Shown: positions 36,902 to 50,689, counted from the stretch's first letter. The stretch is DNA of 64,000 nucleotides from Octopus vulgaris (GCA_951406725.2 OX597820.1:89342001-89406000); one strand, 5' to 3'. The notes: generated by a model from the letters alone, not told the origin. Program-made: numbers and translations.

Positions 36902-39106
36902 TGTGTTTGTGTCTGTGCTTGTAACCTATCTCCGTTTCACAATTGGCGTTGTTTTGTTTACACCCCCGTAACGTAGCGGTTCGGCTATAGGTCGATAGAA
37001 TAAGTACGAGACTTTAAAAAATTGGCAATCATTGTAGGATGAAATATTATATTTCTAGATTGCGCCGCTTTTTCTCTAAAAGTATACGAGTAGATTAAGT
37101 GTAGGAAATATAAGCGGATATACTACTGAAAGTATTAGCTTATCTATCAGGATAAATATTTAAAGTGTCTGAAATACTATTAAAGAAAATGATAATTTAA
37201 TCAATTAATGCTGTGGGAAGCATACTTTTTCCAGTAAAGAAGATAACAATCCAAATTATATGGATTATAATCCAGTATAAACTTGCTCAATAATGTATTG
37301 CTACAAACTACTGAAGAACTGTTCTGGAAAACCGGTCACGGCTTCCAAACAAAAAAAAAAAAAGAAAAGAAAAACCCCCCAAAATGTCAGAGCTCCAAAT
37401 AGTGTGATATTAAAACTTCAAAACAACAAGACAGAGAACTTATACGAAATAGAGAAGCTTTCATGACAATGTCACATCACTAATTTTATTATCAACAACT
37501 ACAGAGACGGGAACTGGAATATACTAAACGAGATAAACATTCACGAACAGAAAATAATGTTAGAATTAGATATTCTTGAGCAAGCGGAACCTTTCCTACC
37601 ACATTTACTACATGATACTGTTAAAGAACATACATCCAACTCGAAAAAAAAAAAAACAGAAAAAGAAATCCTTCGCTTCATTAATTAACATGGCACTGAC
37701 ATCGGTAAAATGAATGAAAAAATATGTAGTAAAATAAATGCAAATCTATAATACTATAATAAAGTGTATGTATATGTGTATTAATTATGCATGCGTGCGT
37801 GCTTTCACAGTTTGACACTGAATACTACTAAGTCGATGAAAAGCGTAAATGTGAAGGAAATAGAAATTATGATGCTTGCAAGTCAATGATTATGCGAGCG
37901 ATATATTAATATGTAATATAAAATCATTGCTAATCCCTACGACACTACCGAGATTACTAATTTCGCGAGAGTAAAGCTACTATCAAATCTTATGACCTTT
38001 TTGTACAGAAGAAGTTAGCTTCTATCGAAATAATGGCCTACTTGCTATGAAAAGTCGTAAACCAAATAGATTGACAGAATGAAAAAAGAATTGTTGTGTT
38101 TTTAGAAATCTTGAATTCAAAATAATTACCAACAGCAATCACTCGGGAAACATCTTAAATTTAAACAATCCATTGTACAATCTGTTCCACAAACTAAATG
38201 AAACGATAAATTATATTCACAGACTGACTATCCACTCTAGAAATTTTATCGGCAGAGTAGTAAAATATATTTTTTTTATGTTTCTGTAATCGCTAACCTG
38301 ATGAAAATATCATTACAATCTCCACAACTTATCATAATAATGTGTGGGCTGACGTGGATATAAAATATATAAAAAAAAAACAAAAATAAAAACGAGAAAA
38401 AGAACAACAAAAAATATAGAAAAACAGCCAACACAACAATAGTATTGGTGTGCATCACAGGCAATACTGTAGGGCTAGTTATAAAATATGAATACCTTTT
38501 CTCTCCGTGCTCAAAAAGCAAGAGGTAATTTTCTGGTGAGCAAGGAGGAGAAGATTCCATTTTGCGTGATGTTACTGGTAGGAAGTTACAACATTGACTA
38601 TTAATATGTACTCTATGTTATCCATTTTCTCTCTTCCAGATGTGGTAAGATAAAAATGATAAGAGCGCAGATATTCGTCGTAATAATCTGTCAACTTATA
38701 ATTCACTGAGTCGGCCCATACTCTAATGGAAGCAGACAGAACATAAATGAAGGCCCCCACTCCACAAGATAAAGAGACTTTAGTGCGCATATTTCTGGAT
38801 AAGGCGGTCTTTTTTTACTGATCAAAATATGCCACATTGACAACCGATCAACTTTAAATAAATTAATCTGGACAGATTTACCTATTAGCAATGTATATAT
38901 GAACCAACATACCAGCTACACTTGTTAGAGGTCAGCATGATTAGTATGAATATTACCTGCTTATGAGATCAAAAGCTAAAATAATATTTTGTCCAGAGGA
39001 TGATCTACAGTTTTTAACTGTTACACAAATGTTTTTTCTCAGTTAAATGCAATTTAATATCATGATAGTTTACATATATGCACTACTAATACGAACGCTA
39101 ATAGCT

Positions 39107-39115
39107 CTACTACTA

Positions 39116-39163
<48 letters not shown>

Positions 39164-39210
39164 ATAATAATAATAGTATAATAATGGTAATAACAGCAAC
39201 AATAATAATA
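39107..39210. repeat. Compound (CTA)(CTG)(TAA) trinucleotide tract
   Basis: Read directly from the sequence. Confidence 0.9.
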
Positions 39211-39289
39211 CGAGCCAATCCCTTAACATCACCCTAAACTTTAACTTATCCACAAATTGTACAACATCTTCCCTCTTCACAGCTAACCC

Positions 39290-40770
39290 ACGTAAGACGG
39301 ATAGTTGCAACTGCCCGTCTAGGACCAAATGCCCGCTGCAAGTCCACAGCAGAAGGTTTAACGTAGTATACAAATGCATTGTCCACAACATATTACATAA
39401 TTCTACTAGCTACTACATCGAGTCTACTATTAATTTTTAACAAAAAATATTCTGCACATCTAAACTCATTCAAATATGAAGAGCATAGCAAATCCACGTC
39501 TCCAGCCAACAACCACATACACCGTCTAATAAATAGGAAAGTAGCATATAAGATACCCTGGGCCATAATAGATTCTGGTTTCCCATACCAAGGCCAGTGC
39601 TCCACTTGTGGCTCTACCTGAAAGAAGCCCTGCAAATATTAATTCATAATTCACCACAATTACTCAAAAAACAACACGAAGCATTTTCTACACGTAAGCA
39701 TAAGTTGGTTCGCACCTTTAGATTCTTTCATAGGTTCAAATGTAAGCAAAATCAACACACATAACACTTGCCTGTATGCATCCACGGTCGTTACAATACA
39801 CACACGCTTTTCTTCTCTTTTCTTCTCTATCATCATAAGTGCATTTGAAGCTTTAATTCCTTTTAATATTTTATCTTTGATTTTTAATTTTTAATTCTAA
39901 GTTTTAATTTAATTTCTAATTCTTTAATTTGTATCTTTTATCCATTTAATTCTAGTTTTATCCTATATATATATATATATACCCCCTTAAGCTAGGCATC
40001 TACTTTTAGGTTTCCCTACTGTCACCTGAGCACACCTAACCTCCCTTTCACCTGTTTAATTAATAGACATAAATACCTTCCTTCTCCGCTTTGCCAAAAC
40101 TTTGCCTGACCCCTCACCCCGAACCGACACTTACGAAGAATAATATTGACATCTTATTTCTATCTTTATTTTTATTATTTTCATTTCTTATTTTTCATTT
40201 TTATTTATTTACTTTGATCTTTGATTTTACTTTCACTTTCATTCATTCTTTCCCACACCTATCCCACTCCTGTCTTTTCTCACTTTTTCTCTCTTTCTCC
40301 TTCTTTTCTCTCTTTCTCCTTCTTTTCTCTCTTTCTCCTCTGTCTTCTATCTACTCACTCACAACCCACTTCTCTCTATCTTGATGTCTGTCTTTCTCAC
40401 TCTATATACCCACGCGAACCATTTACATACAAGTTAACCACTTCAACGTGAATGCATCATTCAAAATACTGCCAAAATACTGCTTGGATTTACCTCTGGA
40501 AAACGATGAGCTGAGATTGTCTGTATTCTATCTACTTTTAATCTTTATTTTTCTATATTATTCCTTATAATATATGAATTTTCCTGTTTAGAACTTTCAT
40601 ATACACTCACCTTGTCTCTAATGACAGAATACCCATTGTACGGACATGTTAGCCTGTCACTTGGGATACCCCAGAAACTGCTGTAAGAATTCAAATTCAT
40701 CTTACCCTAATTAAATTATTATAAATGACTTGAAATACTCGTCCGGCCTTGGATTTTGTTGTCCTTTATC
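39290..40770 (+). pseudogene. Penelope-like element 3' part: GIY-YIG remnant (39290-39740), long pyrimidine-rich 3' UTR and HHR
   Basis: SCNCPSRTKCPLQ...NVVYKCIV...YYIEST...KYSAHLNSFKYE...KIPWAII...YQGQCSTCG(LCL)KEALQIL...RKH. Confidence 0.82.
40615..40688 (+). ncRNA. Hammerhead-like motif with a long stem II (core CTAATGA)
   Basis: TCT-CTAATGA-[..ATACCCA...TGGGATA..]-GAAA-CTGCTG-TA-AGA at the PLE 3' end; stem III is one base from the palindrome CTGCAG. Confidence 0.5.
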
Positions 40771-41446
40771 TTACTTGGAAATGGATGTGTGGCGTTCAAT
40801 CATTGAATGCGACGTATCCATTTCCAAGTAAGTTTATCATAATAATTTTGATGCGACTCTACCCTGTACTGTTCTCTCGCACCCTTTCGTTTTCCCTCTT
40901 TTCCTTTCTCTAATTTTTTTTCTCCCCTTCACCGTTTTCTATCTGTCCCTCTCTCTCTTTCACCTTTACTCTTTCTCGTTGCTCACACGTGACCGTCTTC
41001 CATCTTTCTTTTCCTCACGTGATCATCTTTCTTTTCTTTCAGTCTGTCTTACAGACCATTCTTATCTGTTTCCTCTTCTTTCTTTTCTCTTGTCAAAGAC
41101 AGTATTCCTCCAGCGTTCGCTACCTTACCCTGTCCGGCCTAACGGCCCTCCATGTTTGTTTTCGTTTGGATTATTGTATGTCTCTACTGTCCTGTTTTTG
41201 TTACCAGCTTTGACCCTCCGCAAATCCTAAATTTCATTTTGGTTCGCGGGTGCAACTGCCTTTCGAAGCCTCATATTGTCGTTAATTGCTCGAAATGAGG
41301 AGTAGATGGACAGCCGACAACTGATGAAGGGTAATTCTTTTTGTTACTTGTCTTGTTTTCCATTTGTTTCTCTCGCTGTTCGCATGCCCAAGTTTGCCTT
41401 GTAGTTCATGCTGTTTACGTTTTATGACGTCCTGTACCAATATATG

Positions 41447-41500
<54 letters not shown>

Positions 41501-41562
41501 CATAAACACACACACACACACACGTATATCTATATATATATATATATATATACATACATACA

Positions 41563-41626
<64 letters not shown>

Positions 41627-42299
41627 CGTGTGTGTATTCGTGTGTGTGTGTGCGAGTAAATGTATTCTTAGAAATAATAGTTCAGAAAATAAGAAAAGAT
41701 GTTCCATTGATCACAGATTTGCGACAGTCAAGGAACTATTCGAATTGACAGAGAAATGTGAGAAAGTTGTTTACCAAATGTTATTCTTTAAACAATTCTA
41801 AAGAACGACGATATTCTTATTACAATTACAATCTTCCACCAATCTAAATTCTTTTATCTAGCAGGATTTCAATATTCCGTAACTGTGAAACATCATTTCT
41901 GCATCATGAAATTCTTATATCTTCTCATATCAATAGCTTTAGATGTGTATACGGAAACACTGTGACCGATTAACCTCTCGTGACATAAGTCCCTGACAAG
42001 TGAAGATTAATGAAGCTACTATAGATGCATCGAACATGACAGAAGACGGCTGAAGCAGTAATATCTTTGGTTTCACTATAAGTATGAAAAACACAATTGT
42101 ACCCCTTAGTGCAACGCCCGCACCTCAATAGAAAATACATGCACAAGTACTCTACAACTACTATCGATATCAATCTGCAACACACTGACGCCAAACTTCT
42201 TGTTACAGAGTGAAGAAAATACCTATCTCAGTGTAAGCTCAAGATTCTTATCCATGGAGCCAAGTTCATCTTGACTCAATAACACGATGACAGACTGAA

Positions 42300-43990
42300 G
42301 CTGGATCTTGAAGCACATTTTTACTGAACAGCCTTAACTCAAATAGATACTCAACTCTGATACCTCGGTCAACATCTTCATTAGCAAGGCTATCAGCCAT
42401 ACCCGCCAAAAATTCCCCATCTACTACTTCGGCAATACATCAATTGCTGCCTCGATTGCAAACTCTCAAGACTAAAGCAATCCATATTTAGCAACCTGTA
42501 GGACTACACCGATACATCTCCAAAACATTCTAGATCTTAGCTAGCTACTTTTAAGCTAAGATCGAGAAACATCGTTTGCCTCCTATGCAACGGTAAAAAC
42601 GTTTTGTCATCACTCAAGACACCATAACACCCTAGCTTATGAACACGTCAACGATAATGAAATATACACCAAAATTAACGTTACTGGAATCATACTAAGT
42701 CAGTGAGAAACACTCATTAATAACACCTAAATCGACATGCGCCACAAACATAAATTTCAAACAATTATCATGGTGAACTTCACGACACGTAACAGCAAAC
42801 TTCTCGTATACTACCACCTCACCAACACGCATAAATAACGACATAATATTGGTTTCAAATTTTGGTACAATGCCAGAGGTTTTGGGGGAAGTGGCAAGTC
42901 AATTATATCGACCCCAGTGCTCGACTGGCACTTACCTTATCGACTTCTAAACGATGAAAAGCAAAGTCGACCTCAGCAGAATTTGAACTCAGAACGTAAG
43001 GACGAACGAAATAACCCTCAGCATTTTCCCTGGCGTGCTAACGATTCTGCCAGATTACCGCCTTAAATAACGAGATAATATTAAAATAACACCAATAGTT
43101 TTTCATAATAAAAGGACCGATTTGCAAAATCTGGCCCCTCTCCAGTATCATAAGATCCCTAATAATGAACTTCACAGGGCACGTTAGCAACTCGGAAAAG
43201 ATCATCTGACATTTACGTGGGATAGAACTCAAGAATTCTTAAATGCAACACATATACATATCAACCTTGACGTAATATCTCTATATACCATGCTACCCAC
43301 ATTCCCTACTATCGGTCTGAAAACCGAATGCGTCGCTTCATCCAACCTGAACTGCTTCGGACTCACAGACCCAAACAACCACTCCTGTTGTCATATTTTG
43401 CAACATTTATTTCAACTTCCTTGGAAAGGCCCACTCTGTCAGGCCTACCAGTGAATAGGCTGCAGTGCAGGCCCCCTCAGTATATGGAACTTACTCACCA
43501 TCTTTACTCAATATTTTGAGGGCATCCTCATCCTCACAATGATCGGTATTGATGCACACTGGGCAACTCCCCCATCCACCACACGAACAAATGACTATGC
43601 ACCTATGGGCTTATCAAGAATAATTCTGTTCAGTATTTTCCCTATAATACGGCGTCGAGCTCGCAGAATCGTTAGCACGCCGGGCAAAATGCTAAACAGC
43701 ATTTCTTCGGTCTTTACTTATGTTGTATACTATCTACAACGTGTCCTATGTTGTATACTATCTACAGCGTGTCAACTGCGGCAATTACTATATTGGTTGC
43801 ATCACAGACCTTTCATACCCTGTTGAAGGAGCATTTAACAACTGACGCATCTTCTTTTCTGAAACACATCTTTAAATGTGGGGACAGCAACATCCTAGTC
43901 ACAGGACGGATCATAGGTAACTTTCTGATGAAAAAGGCAGTTTTCATTGAAAAACACAAGTCGAGTAGTAAGTGGTCGATTAGAGTTAGG
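42300..43990 (+). pseudogene. Highly decayed Penelope/Poseidon-type PLE (RT and GIY-YIG) with SINE insertions
   Basis: YYHLTNTHK (xLPKxHK-like), KGPI, THIP; VVYYLQRVNCGNYYIGCIT..FHTLLKEH. A 28-bp tandem duplication lies at 43719-43773. Confidence 0.65.
42848..43063 (-). mobile_element. SINE family C (variant tail)
   Basis: GCAAAGTCGACCTCAGCAGAATTTGAACTCAGAACG...GCTAACGATTCTGCCAG. Confidence 0.8.
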
Positions 43991-44231
43991 CCGATGGTTT
44001 AGATAAGTTGTCTACTAGCATTACTTTTACCACAGATTCTGGTATTACTTCTCCTGATGTAAGATGTGCCACTTCTTGAGTGCTGCTATCACTGTTATTA
44101 CTAATACTACTGCCAATATGACTGCTAATTATTCTTCTAACTTTCCTACCACTACAACGACTGCTAGTACCACCATCGTCACTGTCATGACTGCCACAGC
44201 TATAATGATCACTAAAGACAACCTTCAATCA

Positions 44232-44537
44232 CGAATGACCATTGGATTGCACCTAGAAAGTTACCCTCTGAAACACAAGTCCGAGCAAGGTTGTTTATGG
44301 AAGTCCAACATTGGCCCATGCATACTAACCTCCTCTCTCCACGCCACCGAAGGGAAAGGCAAACGCCGATACAACTTAGCACCAGTGACGTCGCAAATCA
44401 TTTCTAAAGCTGAGCGAGCTGGAGCAACGTGAAATAAAGTGTCTTGCTCAAGAACACAACATATCCCGTTTCGGGAATCGAGCTCACTATCTTATTATTG
44501 TGAGCACGACGCCCTAACCATTGAGCCATGCACATTC
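44232..44537 (-). mobile_element. SINE family A, diverged
   Basis: Reverse complement of 4133-4465; the ORF-track peptides of the two copies are also similar. Confidence 0.82.
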
Positions 44538-44576
44538 ACCACCACCACCACCATCCACAACTACCACCAGCACCAG

Positions 44577-44660
<84 letters not shown>

Positions 44661-44860
44661 AGCTGCTGTTGCTGACACGGTCGCCGTTGCTGTCCTTACT
44701 ACCACTGTTACTGCAGCCACTACGTCTTCCATGCTATCACAGCTGCTACTTCAATATCCACCTTTCTTCCTCCACCCTATCCATACCCCTCCTTCTCTTC
44801 CTCCTCCTCCTCCTCATCCTCCTATCTTCAACGCTGCTGCTACTACTGCTACTATAACTA
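44538..44860. repeat. Compound (ACC)(ACT)(GCT)(CCT) triplet tract
   Basis: Read directly; source of the poly-T/A/Y/C pseudo-ORFs. Confidence 0.9.
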
Positions 44861-45175
44861 CACATGATCTGCTTTGATACTCAATATTTCTTTAACTCTT
44901 TCTCTCTTCTACAGATGAATGAGTCACTCAAAATATAAGGGCTGAATAAATCAATAATTCTTTACTTCGCAACGTAAGAAAGTCTTCGCCTTACTTTAAT
45001 TTCATAAAAAGAAAATAGTGTTGTAATAAACTCAAATGAACGCAATAGGTTATCAAACCAGTTTTTCTTAAAAAACAAAAGAACTTTGAAAATACAGTTA
45101 GTAGCATTTGTAACGTATCAAGCAAAATATTCACTGCGTCTAACGTTTAAGAGAACTTATTAATAAAAGAACTCA

Positions 45176-46808
45176 AGGCGTGCGCTGGCAGAATCGTTAT
45201 CGTACCAGATACAATGCTTAGCAACATTTCTTCTGGCTCTTTGTGCCTTTGAGTTCAAATTTCGCTAAGGTCAACTTTGACTTTTATCATTTCGGGATTG
45301 ACAAAATGAAGTACGAGTTAAGTACGCTGGGTTCGACTACAGTATTTGCCTTGTACTCGACTTAACCCTTTCCCTAAAATTGCAGGTTTTGTGGCGTAAT
45401 TAGAAAGGATTGATGAAAGAATTATTTCATCGTCTATTGTTACTAATTTGAAACTAGATAAAGCAATGTACACAACACTTCTAAAGAAATTGAAGACACA
45501 GTTTTCAATAAGTAAATTAAAGAAATGTAGCTACGTGTGTGTGTGTGTGTGTGTGTGTGTATGCTAGGAGAAAGACAAAATAATTCGTATCCCAAACTTC
45601 AGGTTAATCCCTGTTAAGAAAACAAAAATAAACTACCACTACAGTATGGCACCAAGTTGTGAAAACCTTCTTGAATGATGTGGGACATGATATCGATTAC
45701 AAATTTTGACAACAGGCCAGCAGTTTCGGGTGAGGAGGTAAAGAGGTTAGTCAATAACATCGACCCCAGGTTCAACTGATACTTATTTTATCGACTCCGA
45801 AAAGATGAATGATAATGCCGATCTCGGATGAATTTGAACTCAGAATGTAAAGACTTGCGAAACATCGCTAAGCATTTTGTCCGATGTGTTAACGATTCTG
45901 CCAGCTCGTTGCCTTAAATGTAAGACTTAATATCCATTCTATATGCACAAGATAAATAAGAGAGGGATAAATCGATCACATGAATCCCAGTGCTCAACTG
46001 ATACTTATTTCATGTTGAACCCGAAAGGGATAGAAGGCAAAGATGGCCGCGGTGGTATTTACACTTAGAGCAAAAAGAGCTAGGGAAAATACCTGTAAGT
46101 AGTTTTATCCGATGCGTTAATGACTTTGCTAATTGGCTGCGTATCTTTAGAAAATAAAATTGGTCACAAATTTTGGCGCTAGGCCAATAATTTTAGGGGC
46201 GGGGTAAATTGATTACGTCAGCCCTAGTCTTCAAATGGTACCAAAAATGATGAAAGACAAAGCTGATGTTGGTGGTGCTTCAACTCCGAACATAAAGACA
46301 GACAAAACGCTGCTAAGCATTTTGTTCGGCATGCTAACAATTCTTATTTCTTTATTGCCCACAAGGGGCTAAACATAGAGTGGACAAACAAGGACAGACA
46401 AACGGATTAAGTCGATTACATCGATCCCAGTGCATAACTGGTGCTTATTTAATCGACTCCGAAAAGATGAAAGGCAAAGTGGACCTCGGTGGAATTTGAA
46501 CTCAGAACGTAAAGACAGACGAAATACCGCTAAGCATTTCGCCCGGCGTGCTAACGTTTCTGCCACCTCGCCGCCTCTTGTGAGAAGTAGTATTGATTTA
46601 AAATTTTGACACAAAGCCAGCAATTTCGGGGGAGGCAATTAGTAGATTACATCATCCCCAGTGTTCAACTGGTACTTATTTTATCGACCCGAAAGGACGA
46701 AAGGAAAAGTTGATCTCGGCGGAGTTTTAACTCAGAACGTAAAGGCTGACAAAATGCCACTGAGCATTTCCCCCGGCTTGTTAACGGTTCTGCCAGCCCG
46801 CCGCCTTC
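45176..46808. mobile_element. Cluster of about six SINE family C copies: one plus at 45176-45410, five minus at 45690-46808
   Basis: Repeated GAATTTGAACTCAGAA / CTAAGCATTT / TAACGATTCTGCCA blocks; the best-preserved copy is 46345-46576. Confidence 0.85.
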
Positions 46809-47559
46809 TATGGGAAATAATGCTAAAAAAAAAACCAAAACAAAAGCAATTTGTTTTGGTATTGTAGCAGGTAGAGCTTCATAGTTTTGTGGTGTAAAGA
46901 TTTTCATCTACATTAATTAAACGAAATATTCCAAAGCTGATTCTGATAAAATTCATTTTCCACACTCTCCATTTTCCATGCTCTCATACTGATTAAGAAT
47001 TACCTAATAACTACAGGTAGTTCTACATGTCAGCGCTACAAAGAGAATCTTACATGGGAATATATAAATTATTCAACAATAGTGAAGAACCATTATAAAA
47101 GGATTCCTATTGGGATGCATTAAAATTACCTTTTTTTAAATATCTTCAAATTGCGACATGTATTATGCAAAGGAATTGCATACTATGTAATTAGAGGCAA
47201 TTAACGAACTTTATTTAACATCTATGATAAATGGTTCGAGTTGAATTTGTGAAAACTAAATTTGCTGTTCAAAATAGAAATGGCGGGTCAGTATTAGTCA
47301 CTTAGATGAATTATGCAGCTTTCTTTGTTTACGGCTTATAAGAAATTTAAACATTCAATGATTCTTGAAGTGATTTTAGACATTTAATTACTGAATTTCT
47401 CATGCGAAAATATTAACTTTGTATACAAGTTCTTTAACCTTATGACCAATGAAATTTTATTAAAAGAAATTCCCCAAGATTGAGTAAACCGTATAGAATC
47501 GGTTTCTTAAGCTTTTTGAAACGGGCGTACAAAGAACTCATGAACCATGTATTTATAAA

Positions 47560-47690
47560 TATTGGTTTCAAATTTTGGCATAAGGTCAGCAATTCCAGGG
47601 AAGCGGAATAAGTCGATTACATCGACCCCAGTACTCAACTGGTACTTATTTTATCGACCCCGGAAGGATAAAAGGCAAAGTCGACCTCAT
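47560..47690 (-). mobile_element. SINE family C 3' part
   Basis: GTCGATTACATCGACCCCAGTACTCAACTGGTACTTATTTTATCGACCCC...GGCAAAGTCGACCTC. Confidence 0.8.
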
Positions 47691-49479
47691 GTATTTTTAA
47701 ATATCGAAATCTTTAAAAAGATTGTATTTTCACAAGAGTCTATTAGAGTCCTTTTTGTCCAGACCTTGCAATTCTCTTTTTAGTTTGGTGGGTCGATGCA
47801 AAATTGGAGAAATAGAGAACTAAAGGCACTACTGGAAAAGTATATTTCCAGAAGAATTTCCTGAAGTAATTCCCACGTATAGGTCAGAATTTTGGTGTAA
47901 AGCAGAAACGCTTAAAGGAGCTGATGACTTGTTTACCAAAATGTGCCCGAATATACATTGAATCTAATATACTCCTAAGTAAAGCCATGATTGATTAAAT
48001 GTTTACAACCGTAACTTGTAACAAGAGTAAAATAAGCAATAGGATGTTTTTTTTTACCATTTAGTCAGAAGCGGAAATGTTAGCAGCCATGGTCATCTTT
48101 CTTGGACCTCTGAGAACAGAGAAAGGTAGGAAGCTACCCTCAAACTAAAGACTTGGCTCATAAAAAGAAATTCACTTTAGGTAACTAAAGATAATATTGT
48201 GGCGTTGAACTAAACAATACATTAAGCTTAACAACCAACGATAAAAGCTGCCATCCAAGAATCTACATTAATTCTCAAGGCTAAAAAAAAGAAAAACTCA
48301 ATATCAAAACATGTTGCCCTCTATAATGAGATTTGGATACTATCTTTCATGCCGAGCGGCGAAGTAGAGGCTCCTACTGTTGGCTTGTTCTGTTTTCATT
48401 GATGCTGGTAGTGTGATATCAGGTCAGTTCTCAACCAGATCTATTGTCAAAAAGAAATTCCGTCCGTATCCCTCTCGTCTTCTTTCGATTTCTAGATACA
48501 GTGTATCTCGAAAAATATTCAATATGTTCCTGTCTGCAAAAAATGTTAATGTGTGAGGGAGACTTTGTAGCTATACCTAGCAAGTCGTATGGTAACGCAA
48601 ACGTTCTCTCGTTGTCTGGTAAACCTTTATAGGAAAAGAGGAAATGGAATGTTTTGTGGATTGAAGCCTTTCCCAAGAGCATTCGATGTGCTAGTAAAAT
48701 TAAATACGTTTAAACATCGAAATGAAAGCGAGGCTTGGTCCACAGTCTACCGAGATCTTAGATTTTGTGACTTTGTAATTCAGCATAAAGAAATTACAAA
48801 TATCGTTAATATATGAATGCACAAATAACTCCCTGCTAACATAGAAACAGAAGCCTTTAGTTAGAAAAACAGGACATCAGAAAATTAAAACAGATAAAAG
48901 CTCTTCAATCATAGAGTTCTTCAAAATTTTTAACATCAGCACGCACGCACGCGCACACATACACAGGCACGTACACACACACACAAGCACACACGTGGAC
49001 ACTCAATCCCCCTCTCTCTCTTTCTCGCAGTCATCTTAGGCATCTTTTCTCTTTCTCTCTCCACAGTTTGTTCTCCTCTCTTTTGCAATTGCGTACACAC
49101 ACACTCGTACTTACATATACATATATGCTTCATACGCACACACATGTATGTACGTATAATCTCTCACACATACAAAGACTCCATTTCTCTTTCTCCAACT
49201 CTACTCTGTCACACATATACACACATATTCTAAAATTTTTCACATTTCTTTCCAATGATGACTTGCAAAATTCAATATAATTGCAGATTGTGAATAGAGA
49301 AAAGAAAGAAAGAGAATTAAATATGAAATCTTTCTATAATCATGAACGTTAACTACTGTGATAGTTACAAACAACCACAATCGCATGGATTTCTGCTGAT
49401 GACGTAAAACACCATTTTGTTTATTGACGTGTGTAGACCAGAAACATGGGCCACATATTCTCACCTGATCCAGCAAGGG

Positions 49480-49875
49480 TTCTTGGCCCTGTTGATATTC
49501 CACCTTTCAGGCATCTACAACTTTCGCCCTTGTACCGGGTTAGATACAGTTCTTTTAAACTCACTGATGGGATGTAATATTTTATCTGTTCTTTTCAGCT
49601 ATCTTATAATTTCCTGATTATTCTGGCCGTGCCCAGGAGGAAAACCTTTTCTAACAGTTCTACTGGGCACTCTATTCCAATTTTTTTTTCTTCTTCTTCT
49701 TCTTCTTCTTCTTCTTCTTCTTCTTCTTCTTCTTCTTCTTCTTCTTCTTCTTCTCATTACATGGTTTTGGTAATTTCTGGTGGGTCAGCTTTGATCTTGT
49801 GCTGCATTTGAAAATCCTTTAGTCTCTGCTTTGAATTCCTAAGTTTTTCAGCCATTGTTGGGATTTTGCTTTGTC
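49480..49875 (-). pseudogene. R4/Dong-clade fragments flanking a (TTC)n tract
   Basis: KSQQWLKN...ETKGFSNAAQDQS*PTRNYQ at 49760-49870; weaker HP..(R)LYLTR match at 49500-49600. Confidence 0.65.
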
Positions 49876-49975
49876 TATTTCTTTTCTGTTTTCGGGGTTG
49901 ATGAAACACTGGGGTCAATGTAATCGACTAGTCCCCTCCCACCAAATTTCAGTCCTTGTGTCTTTAGTAGAAAGG

Positions 49976-50055
<80 letters not shown>

Positions 50056-50056
50056 T

Positions 50057-50088
<32 letters not shown>

Positions 50089-50089
<1 letters not shown>

Positions 50090-50600
50090 GAGTGAGAGAG
50101 CAGTGCATGCCATCAAAGTGACACTAGTCCAATATACTCATCATGACTATCCGTCTGATAAGAGTACACCAGGCATACGCATCACAACCCTATGTGCATG
50201 ACATGGTGATCACATATAAAGATAAACAAAGCGTGACCTTGCAGGTGGAGTCCAGTTAGACTTTTCTTCAGGTCGAGTAGCCCATCCCACTCAAAAGATC
50301 CCTGAATAAAGTTTGTTTAAGAACACACACATTTCCAGAATTAATTATTCAAATCCCAAAGAATTCCTCTCAACACATGGCTATAATGCTCGTGATCAGA
50401 GGTATCCATATCGTCATCCACTAAGTTACAGGCTCAACTGGTTAAGGTCAAATGACTGACAAGCAAATCTGTGTAATTGAGAAGAATATTTGCTGTAGCC
50501 CATCTTTTATGCCAAGACAAAACATGTACATGATAACATTTCCTATCAGTTAAGATTCAAAACCATGAGAACCAGTGCATGGTACTGCATCAGGGCATTT
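50089..50600. mobile_element. (ATT)n-embedded interspersed repeat, longer copy
   Basis: GAGTGAGAGAGCAGTGCATGCCATCAAAGTGACACT...GTACTGCATCAGGGCATTT between (ATT)n tracts; same termini as 20569-20897. Confidence 0.85.
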
Positions 50601-50629
50601 AATATTATTATTATTATTATTATCATTAC

Positions 50630-50689
<60 letters not shown>

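Noticed and set aside
38745-38820. MKAPTPQDKETLVRIFL as a Gypsy RT fragment
   Set aside because: Too short, with no flanking motifs to support it.
39619-39621. TGA near the Cys motif of the GIY-YIG remnant as a selenocysteine codon
   Set aside because: A 1-nt frameshift restores a CxLCLKEA-like reading, so the TGA is out of the original frame.
41255-41335. Possible type-II hammerhead (TTGTCG...CGACAA-CTGATGA)
   Set aside because: A 6-bp stem and CTGATGA are present, but there is no correctly placed GAAA, stem III or convincing stem II.
44521-44877. Poly-Thr/Ala/Pro ORF as a low-complexity protein exon
   Set aside because: It starts inside a SINE, consists of compound triplet repeats open in several frames, and has no splice support.
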